Below, in pieces: positions 57,501 through 64,000 of a stretch of DNA of 64,000 bases. A model generated the notes under the pieces. That model ran no database searches and was not told where the DNA came from. It worked only from the letters and a program-made list of their open reading frames with translations. Numbering within the stretch: the first letter of the stretch is position 1; each line of letters opens with the position of its first letter. The position numbers were made by a program, and so were the translations under genes. Source of the DNA: Verrucomicrobiales bacterium (GTDB lineage: Bacteria; Verrucomicrobiota; Verrucomicrobiia; Verrucomicrobiales; V1-33); assembly GCA_031411295.1 (NCBI GenBank), contig JANOAV010000021.1, positions 1-64,000 of the forward strand, in the 5' to 3' direction.

Positions 57501-60500
57501 ATGTTCAACGCGAAGTCGCCATCTAGTTGCACGAAATTGCCATCCACGAACATTAGCATCTGCGTGCCCTGGCGCACGATGGCAAAGTGATGCCACGAGC
57601 CAGGAGCACCCGGACCGGTGTTCACGAGGTTCACATCAGGTCCGGGATAATGATGAAGCGTGAAGTTCGATGAACCGTTTGCCATTGCATACAGTTCCTC
57701 TCCGCTGCCAAAGCCGTCGCCCGTGTTGAGATGCCAGATGAAGTCCTCGTTCGTGGTGCTGCGGCGATTGAACCAACCGACTATCGTCCAGTCGCTGGTG
57801 TTCCAATTGATCTCGGTGGTGCTGAGAATGCGGCTGATGTGCGCTGCATTGGCCCCGCCGGTCTCGGCGAGATCGAGCACACGATTGCCCTGATGCTGAC
57901 CTCCCGGTAAAGTGCTCGGCAGCAACGTAGCCGTGCCCGCGCCGATAGTCTCGATGGTGCCATCGCGCCCATTACCGCTGACGTCGGTCACTGTGTTCGA
58001 CGCACTCGAATCAGGTGTATCAAAATCATACGCGAGAATCATGCGCGGATCTGTGCCCGTGTCTGTCGCAGTGAATGTGAAACTCGGCACACCTGTGTAG
58101 CCAGGCGTGGGAACGAAGTGCGCGGTGTGTCCGTCAGCATTCAGCGTGATCGTGCCATTGACCGCGCCGCCGATCGTGAAGCGCATCTGCTCCACAGGCG
58201 TGGTGTCATCGGTGACATAGCTGCGCAAATCAATGTCCACCGCGTTCTCGCCATTGCTCGTCGCCACGCCGTTCGCAGCGACAGGCGGATCATTCGTGGC
58301 CGCGAGGTTCCAAGTGTTGAGCGCGGTGATCGTCGGCAGCGTGGTGGGAATCGGCTCGCCGGTGCTCAGCGGCACGAACCACACGGCGAGCGTGGTGTTG
58401 GTCACGTTCGTCAGATTGATCGCCAGCTTCTTGTAGCCAGTGTTCGCGTTTTGACCGGCGGGATTTGGCGAGGTCGGCAGTGGCACCGCGTCTTTGATCT
58501 GAAACGTGCCGCCACCGCTCACGATCTTCACCCACATGCGTTCGGTGCCCTGCGTCATCAGCGCGCTGGTGCCATCGGGATCAAGCGTCACCGTCGTGGT
58601 CGGGTAGGTATAGTGCGCGAACCACCACACCGTCTTGCCGGGGCTCGCCTGGATTTCATCCTGCACCAGCACTTCATCACGAACGCCCATCAGCCGTGTG
58701 CCGCGCCACACTTTGCTCATGCCGGTGTAAACCGAAGTGAGATCGTGAATGGCAAACGAATTCGTGCCGCCAGGCTCGGTTTGATACGCGAGCAGCGGAG
58801 CAACGCCCGCAGTATCCATGCCCGCGTTAGCATCGGGATTGATGGCCAGCGTGTTCTGTCCCTCGGGCCGCATTCGATAGTAGTCCCAGCGGTCGGTGCC
58901 AGTGGGGTTCGGTGTGCCGCTGAAGTAACCGGGCAGCGCGTAGTCATCGCTGCCGAGATCGTGGAACCAGCGCTTGCCCAATGCATCAATGACAAAGGTG
59001 CCCGCATCGAGATCGCCATGATCCGCGAACATGTCGCCGCCTTTGCTGCCGACAAAGGTCGCGCGTGAGTCGTTCCACTTGCCGCGCATCGTCACCATGT
59101 CCTGCGGAATGAAGGCCGTGCCCGACTCGCCACGAAAGGCCATGTCCGGTGGCTGCGCAGTGCCCGCGAGCGTGGACGTGCTGTCGTTCCACCAGAGCGC
59201 ATCTAGCGCACCGCCGCTGCCTTGATTTTCCCACCAATCAAAAACCGGCTGACCATAGCGACGCGCCATCCATTGAAACACCGGCCCTCGCACGGCTCCG
59301 CCAGCGCCCGCATCCGCAAAATTGAAGATCACATTCGATGTGCCGAGCGCGCCCATGGGCGAGAATCCAGCCTCTGAGACGTTTGTGGTCGCACTGATGC
59401 CGAAATCGCTGCCCAACTGCCACTCGAGCGCGGCAAACATGCGGATGCCATACTCCGTCGTGTAGCCCCAATAACCCGGGCCCTCATACCACGCGCCGTT
59501 GTCGGTCGTGAAATGCTTCCACACCGGTCGCGTGGAGTTCAGGCCGCGATTGATGATATTCTCCACCAGCGCCTCGCTCTCCGTGCCCACCGCGAGTGCC
59601 CCCATGATGAGACCGCCGTTGCACACCATGTTCCAGTTGTTCCCCGTGCTCTGCGACCAGCCAACGTTGCTCGTGTATTGCGAAAGGCCAGCATTGAGCC
59701 CTTTGTTGATGATCGCGGTGCGAATCGTGGTGCGTCGCGTGCTGTCCCAGTAGTTGTAGAACCAGTCGTAACCAATCGCGCAACCGTGCGTCATCTCTGC
59801 TGTGTCGAGGAAATGCGCGGGATGCCAGTCGGGAAACAAGGTGTTGTCCGCGACCGTGTTCAGCTCCGTCCAAGCACGCTCCGCATACTGCGCATCGCCC
59901 GTCATCCAATACGCGACGCCGAGTTTATACATGCGATCCTTCACCGTGCGCGATTGATCCAAAATCGTGCCGCGCACGTCCTGCGAATAGGTCACCGGTG
60001 CCTGCGTAAGGATCGTATTCGCCGCCGTGATCGCGCTCGTCGCCCAGGTCTTCGGCTGCGATGTCGTCGCGCTCAAATATGCCGCCTTCAGCTTCGCAAA
60101 CCGCTCCGCCGTGGCAAACATGCGTGGGTGCTCTTGCGCGAGTGTGTTCAGCAAATTCGCCTCCGTCGGCTGCGCCGTCGTGGTGCCAGGCTGCACCAGC
60201 GCACTACCAGGAATCACGCTGAACACCGAGTCTCCCGGCTTCTTCCAGCCAACGCTCCAGTGATCCGTGCCCGTGTTCTCCTTGTGCAGCAACTCCACAT
60301 AGTAACGCTGCCCCTGCACCAGCGACTTCGCCGCTGACGCCGTGCCGAATGCGCGAAACGCCGTCGCTGCTGCCACGCTAGCGATGAGCGACTTGTTCGC
60401 GCTCGTGGCATCCGTGCTCAGATACAACTCCACCACCTCATCACCACTCACCGCAAATGTGTAACTCCCCGTCAGCGGCGGCACGATGAAGCCTGTCACC

Positions 60501-61165
60501 CTAGTGCCATACGACTCCGCCCAATCCTGCGCCAGACACTCGAACGACGTGATAAACTCGCGACCACTCGGCTTGTTCGGATAGTTCGCATTCGAAGTCA
60601 GCGACGAGATCGCGCCGCCCGCGATGCCACTCCAATGCTCCTTCAAAAGCGACCCGCCCACCTTATCAACCCGCGCCGGATACAGCCGCGCCGTCGGAAT
60701 CACCTCACGAGCACGCGAAGCACAAGACCACTCCAGTTTCACCGACGCACTGCCCGTTTGCTCAATGTATTCCAACCGCAAATTCACCCGTTGCCCCGCC
60801 TTTAAGGTCACCTGCCCCCGCATCTCCGGCCCCGCCGCCGCATAGGTGCGGCACACCACCATCTGATCATTCACCCACAACCGCGCCCCATCATCCGCCG
60901 TCACATAAAATGTGTAGAGCGCCGAAAACGCCGGCTCCACCTGTCCAGACCACGCAATAGAAAACGTATCCGCATTCGTGATCGCCGTGCCGGAAGGAAT
61001 GCCGGTGCCGAAGTTGAAATTGATCGATGCATCCGTCCGCGTCGTCTTCAGCGTGCCGAAGGCGGCGGTGTCGTAGTATTGTCCTGTGAGGCCCGTGCCC
61101 GCCTGCGCCACCCCGGAGGTGACTAGGAGGATCAGCGTTACGGAGGTTGATAATATGTCGCTCAT
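54518..61165 (-). CDS. Giant secreted heparinase II/III-like polysaccharide lyase with two PA14 domains, Ig-like and LamG domains, autotransporter-associated beta-strand repeats and C-terminal domain
   Basis: [26 protein letters not shown] (PA14); [88 protein letters not shown] repeats. Confidence 0.88.
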   Translation of the reverse strand: MSDILSTSVTLILLVTSGVAQAGTGLTGQYYDTAAFGTLKTTRTDASINFNFGTGIPSGTAITNADTFSIAWSGQVEPAFSALYTFYVTADDGARLWVNDQMVVCRTYAAAGPEMRGQVTLKAGQRVNLRLEYIEQTGSASVKLEWSCASRAREVIPTARLYPARVDKVGGSLLKEHWSGIAGGAISSLTSNANYPNKPSGREFITSFECLAQDWAESYGTRVTGFIVPPLTGSYTFAVSGDEVVELYLSTDATSANKSLIASVAAATAFRAFGTASAAKSLVQGQRYYVELLHKENTGTDHWSVGWKKPGDSVFSVIPGSALVQPGTTTAQPTEANLLNTLAQEHPRMFATAERFAKLKAAYLSATTSQPKTWATSAITAANTILTQAPVTYSQDVRGTILDQSRTVKDRMYKLGVAYWMTGDAQYAERAWTELNTVADNTLFPDWHPAHFLDTAEMTHGCAIGYDWFYNYWDSTRRTTIRTAIINKGLNAGLSQYTSNVGWSQSTGNNWNMVCNGGLIMGALAVGTESEALVENIINRGLNSTRPVWKHFTTDNGAWYEGPGYWGYTTEYGIRMFAALEWQLGSDFGISATTNVSEAGFSPMGALGTSNVIFNFADAGAGGAVRGPVFQWMARRYGQPVFDWWENQGSGGALDALWWNDSTSTLAGTAQPPDMAFRGESGTAFIPQDMVTMRGKWNDSRATFVGSKGGDMFADHGDLDAGTFVIDALGKRWFHDLGSDDYALPGYFSGTPNPTGTDRWDYYRMRPEGQNTLAINPDANAGMDTAGVAPLLAYQTEPGGTNSFAIHDLTSVYTGMSKVWRGTRLMGVRDEVLVQDEIQASPGKTVWWFAHYTYPTTTVTLDPDGTSALMTQGTERMWVKIVSGGGTFQIKDAVPLPTSPNPAGQNANTGYKKLAINLTNVTNTTLAVWFVPLSTGEPIPTTLPTITALNTWNLAATNDPPVAANGVATSNGENAVDIDLRSYVTDDTTPVEQMRFTIGGAVNGTITLNADGHTAHFVPTPGYTGVPSFTFTATDTGTDPRMILAYDFDTPDSSASNTVTDVSGNGRDGTIETIGAGTATLLPSTLPGGQHQGNRVLDLAETGGANAAHISRILSTTEINWNTSDWTIVGWFNRRSTTNEDFIWHLNTGDGFGSGEELYAMANGSSNFTLHHYPGPDVNLVNTGPGAPGSWHHFAIVRQGTQMLMFVDGNFVQLDGDFALNINQAYPLIFAGHTDTTATYAPRWFNGQLDELAVFNAALSSSPENNEIGALANGKTVRHFGGKTATGTISLSAAAVNYVWTNPSTAASLPWSTGTNWQSGATPTSTRGASVQFFTGQTLAGGAVASNNDIAGTFQMNNLTLAGTSSAATTATISGGSFQLLNNGTTMPTVNLTGTSGSTTNSLTYTISTPITLGADTTFNATNSGKFIFAGDISGAGSLTRTSSSSTLILAGTNTYTGDTTISSGTLQIGNDGATGSLGSGDVINNGTLRFDRTGTLDVPNAITGTGGVQIDCPLGAGTVVFSGTNTFDGGVNVSSGALRITNSTALGDGTKTVTLSNGTAGAPQLRLDGSSDPIELPAGISYLTSNDNNGAIVNEAGNNTLNGLITLTGGGGSTRMYSNAGTLTLTGSITTNTTSRTLKLMGIGNGVITGDISNGNATNVLSISKEEAGTWTLSGNNSHSGTTNVLAGTLILGGPAALGNGGSTFGNANGSTSTTAGATLDLNGQQNINDIINVRGTGVSNVGGMINNSATAASIASGVVSSISTTAGGVHSAVPNVILTGNATATATLGLSAASFTIAGGTTVYSAAPTVTITGGGGSGATGTAVLTSGVVSIITITNAGTGYTTAPTIAFSGGTVTTAGTNPTGTGNATNFIVAGIQVTNPGSGYISAPSVTFSSGSGTTAIANLSAVIMGATGSIGGSGDIIINPGITGSAAMTKVGSGTLTLNGSNTNTGATTVSAGTLALGSTLTSAITNNAILAPQGTPSTTSSFTQGPAGTLRLRLNNGSNDQLTATTSTLNGALDLITAPNLAPGSVFTILNNTSATAVSGTFTGKANNSTFASTSGYTFRINYNLRTGNDVVLTLITSPIEQWRFTNFGSMLNNGAGLDTLDGDGDGVSNLIEYATKMNPALNDMVPQSATKNGANLEFVYTKNKSATDVTFIVEWSDTLGNDWSTVGVTQSLVAGSDNGVTQQWKAVMPAGSARRFVHLKVTRP

Positions 61166-61497
61166 GGGTGAGTCACTTTGAGATGCACAAAACGTCTGGC
61201 CGTGCCCGCAGCGAATGTGGCAAGCACCGTCTGCACGTTGCCGTTATCGCTGAGAACCATATCGGTCACGCGGATACTGCGCCACGAATTCGCCGCCAGC
61301 AACCCCGCATCCGCCTTGCGCTCGGCCTTCATGCCGCCGAAGATGCTGCGGCGATATTCCTTCGCGTCGGTGACGATGGCCCAACGCTTCGTAGGCTCAT
61401 GCCGGAACGGCTTCGGGCCGCGTCCGTAGTTGCCCGGTTGTTCGCCTCCAAAGGTTGAGAGCATCTAGAGCAGAAGAAATAGAATTGTTCGTTTCAT
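61162..61497 (-). pseudogene. Collapsed remnant: signal peptide broken by TAG, GH32-like fragment, and partial C-terminal domain
   Basis: ATG 61497 gives MKRTILFLLL*MLSTFG (TAG 61467-61465); RGPKPFRHEPTKRWAIV resembles GH32 RDPKVFWH; ends [22 protein letters not shown] like the neighbouring C-termini. Confidence 0.7.
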
Positions 61498-61552
61498 CGC
61501 GGGTCTGGCTTGCAGAGATTCTGTTGTTGGGATGAAGACAGGAGGAAGGAAA

Positions 61553-63937
61553 TCACCGCGGAACGACACCGGCTGGCAGCGAAATCGTGGCTGCTTCAGT
61601 GCCCTCGCTGCTGGCCTTGATCGTGATCGCGCCGGGCTCGCGTTTGCTGCGAACCACCAACAGCGCTTGACCTTCAAAGGCGCTGCGTTCGTCGGCTTGG
61701 AAAAGTTCGTTGCTTAGCACATCGCCGTTTTGCACGCCCGCGTTGCGGCCTGCGCCTGTGACTTCAAAATGGATCCGGTTGCTGGCGTCAGGCACGACGA
61801 CCCCATTCTCGTCCACGACCTCCACGGTGATGTGCGAAAGGTCCTGTCCGTCGGCACGCAACTCGGCGCGGTCGGGTGTGAGCCGCAGCCGCTTCGGTGC
61901 GCCAGCGGTGCGGATTTCGTGGCGGGCGACTTCGCGGCCTGCGTTGCGCGCGATGGCGGTGAGCGTGCCCGGCGTCCACTCCACGTTCCAAAAGTGGCGG
62001 GGCGACGTTTCCATCGGACCCACGCGCTTTTTCACCCCGAGGCTGCGCCCATCGAGCAGCAGCTCGACGTCCTCGGCGTTGCTGATGATTTCCACCTCCT
62101 GCTTGCTGCCCGCGGGATGATTCCAGTGCGAGACCAGGCCGCTGAGCGAGATGGTAACACCGTCCCAGTTCACAAACTTCGTCTCGGGCCGGTTCACCAC
62201 GAGCCGCACCATCGGGCGCTCGCTGATGAGACTTTCCAGCACCCAGCTCGACGGACGCCGGAAGCCCGCCCAATCCACGAAGCCGCCATTCCAACATTTG
62301 AGTGGCCAGCCGTAGGACTCGCCGAGGTAGTTGATGCCGCCCCAGTAAAACAGACCCACGGCATGCTCGCGGTCGAGGTCCTTCCACGGGCTGCGTCCGC
62401 TGTCGCCCGTGGTGCATTCGCTGGTGATGAAGCTGAGGCCCGGATGTTTCACCCGATCCTTCGCAAACCAGCGCTCCATGTAGTTTGCGCTCATCACGTC
62501 CATATGCAGTGCCATCTGGTGCAAGTCGGCATTGTTGTCCGGTGAAAACTTTGCAGTCGCACCTCCCTTGCCATCCTTGCGAATCGGCCGCAGCGCTGAG
62601 GTCACCGGCCGCGTCGCGTCGAGGCCCTTCACTACCACCGCAATCGCGTCGTATTGGTCGCAGCCGTAATCCGGCGGGCGTTCCGCCTGCGAAACCTGAT
62701 TGCCTACGCTCCAAACGAACAGACTCGGATGGTTGCGGTCTCGCCGGACAAATTCCTCCAAGTCCCGCCGCCACGTTTTGGCGAACTCACCGTTCTTCAA
62801 ATCGCCCCAGTCGCAAAATGCCTCGTCGAAAACGAGCAGGCCCATCCTGTCGCAAAGGTCGAGCAGTGCTGGTGCGTGTGGATAGTGGCTCAGGCGCACG
62901 CCGTTGCACCCAATCTCCTTCATCACCGCGAGCCGCCGCTCGATGGCCCGGGCAAACGCCGCCACGCCGAGACAGCCGTTATCGTGGTGAAGGTTGAAGC
63001 CCTTCACGAACTCGCGCCGACCATTCAAGAACAGCCCGTTCGGCGTCAGCCGAATCTCGCGGATGCCGAAAGGCGTTTCGCGCCGGTCAGTCTCCCGATC
63101 GCCGACGCGCACGCGCGACACGAGGCGATAAAGGACCGGCGTGCCCGTGCTCCACAGCTTCGGGGAACGGACCAGGATTTCGTGTTCAAAAACGCTCGGC
63201 GCTTTCGTCTTCGCCAGCGCCGTGGTCTTCGCGGTTCCTGCGGGTTTGCCGTCCGCATCCAGGACTTCGCTCACCAACGTCACGGATTCATCGCCTGCGG
63301 AGGTGTTCTCGATTTCCGTCCGGATTCTCACTCCCGCCTCGTCGGGCGAAATCTGCGGCGTGGTCACAAACGTCCCGTGCCGCGCAATGTGGACATCGCC
63401 GCTGATAAGCATCCACACATGCCGGTAAATGCCGCCGCCGCTATACCACGTATTTGTTGCGGGCTTGCTGCCGTCGGCGCGAACTGCCACAACATTCGCC
63501 TGTCCCGCAGGCTTGAGGAAGGGAGTGAGATCGCACTCGAAGCCGCGGTAACCGTAGCTGTTCTCCGCGACTAGGATGCCGTTGATCCAGACCTTCGCCT
63601 CGCGGAACACGCCCTCAAAATCGAGCTGGATGCGACTGCGCTCCAGCCCCGCCGGGGTCGGAAAAGTTTTCCGATACCAGCCCACACCCAGCGGACGAAA
63701 GCCGTTCCATTTTCCATTCGGCACCGATTCATCGAATGGCCCATAAATCGCGAAATCATGTGGCAAATCCACGTGCGGCCATTTTGCATCATCAAAGCCC
63801 ACCACCTCCGCGCCCGCCGCCTCACTCCCGAAAAAGCGCCAATCGAAATCGAAGAGTTCCTTCCCGCTTGCCCGATCTGCCAACGTGCTCGCGAGGAGTA
63901 GCCAACTGGAGATCACGATTAGAAAGGCAGTCCTCAT
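61553..63937 (-). CDS. Glycoside hydrolase family 2 (beta-galactosidase-like) with Gln at the acid/base position
   Basis: LPHDFAI, GWYRKTF, LDFEGVF, WYSGGGIYRHV, GFNLHHDNGCLG, RLSHYP, CDRMGLLVFDEAF, RDRNHPSLFVWSVGNQ, ITSE; C-terminal Ig-like domains. Confidence 0.92.
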   Translation of the reverse strand: MRTAFLIVISSWLLLASTLADRASGKELFDFDWRFFGSEAAGAEVVGFDDAKWPHVDLPHDFAIYGPFDESVPNGKWNGFRPLGVGWYRKTFPTPAGLERSRIQLDFEGVFREAKVWINGILVAENSYGYRGFECDLTPFLKPAGQANVVAVRADGSKPATNTWYSGGGIYRHVWMLISGDVHIARHGTFVTTPQISPDEAGVRIRTEIENTSAGDESVTLVSEVLDADGKPAGTAKTTALAKTKAPSVFEHEILVRSPKLWSTGTPVLYRLVSRVRVGDRETDRRETPFGIREIRLTPNGLFLNGRREFVKGFNLHHDNGCLGVAAFARAIERRLAVMKEIGCNGVRLSHYPHAPALLDLCDRMGLLVFDEAFCDWGDLKNGEFAKTWRRDLEEFVRRDRNHPSLFVWSVGNQVSQAERPPDYGCDQYDAIAVVVKGLDATRPVTSALRPIRKDGKGGATAKFSPDNNADLHQMALHMDVMSANYMERWFAKDRVKHPGLSFITSECTTGDSGRSPWKDLDREHAVGLFYWGGINYLGESYGWPLKCWNGGFVDWAGFRRPSSWVLESLISERPMVRLVVNRPETKFVNWDGVTISLSGLVSHWNHPAGSKQEVEIISNAEDVELLLDGRSLGVKKRVGPMETSPRHFWNVEWTPGTLTAIARNAGREVARHEIRTAGAPKRLRLTPDRAELRADGQDLSHITVEVVDENGVVVPDASNRIHFEVTGAGRNAGVQNGDVLSNELFQADERSAFEGQALLVVRSKREPGAITIKASSEGTEAATISLPAGVVPR

Positions 63938-64000
63938 GTAGCAGTGAGCGCGGTTGTCATTCTTGCGGCTATCTCCTTGGCCAGCGCCTGCGATGACGCA
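63934..64000 (-). CDS. C-terminal end of an upstream gene (partial)
   Basis: Frame reads ASSQALAKEIAARMTTALTAT*, with TGA overlapping the GH2 ATG (ATGA). Confidence 0.5.
   Translation of the reverse strand, partial: ASSQALAKEIAARMTTALTAT

Noticed and set aside
1..64000. CRISPR array, tRNA/rRNA, reverse transcriptase or DGR, integrase
   Set aside because: No spaced repeats, RNA-gene signatures, or RT/recombinase motifs were recognised by eye.

Overview
Bacterial window of about 58-62% GC (estimated by eye). Gene content points to Verrucomicrobiota: kinase-linked ECF sigma factors, autotransporter-type beta-strand repeats without a barrel, and Asp-rich plus 'R.F.RL.V' C-terminal domains. It opens with the 3' end of an IS4-family element abutting a REP-like hairpin, followed by exported proteins and pheS. 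Two modules of the form 'ECF sigma + membrane Ser/Thr kinase(s) divergent from giant secreted protein(s)' are present (6.6-22.8 kb and 30.7-46.7 kb). In module 1 an identical bipartite motif, GCGTCAT-N15-GCGTnnAAGT, precedes both the kinase and the three-gene secreted operon. Module 2 is the whole cargo of a 16.9-kb integrase-less island bracketed by two 499-bp copies of the comM 3' end (about 94% identical, nearly all changes synonymous), so comM stays intact. Its kinases carry extracellular CSLREA-like/beta-helix/choice-of-anchor-Q domains of the same kind as the 3,690-aa subtilase-lectin next to them. The rest comprises GH32, ugd, a secreted nucleoside-hydrolase fusion, LysR-MFS, and a glycan-degradation cluster (GH5-like, GH10, heparinase II/III-like giant, a collapsed pseudogene, and a GH2 with Gln at the acid/base position). 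No tRNA, rRNA or CRISPR array was recognised.
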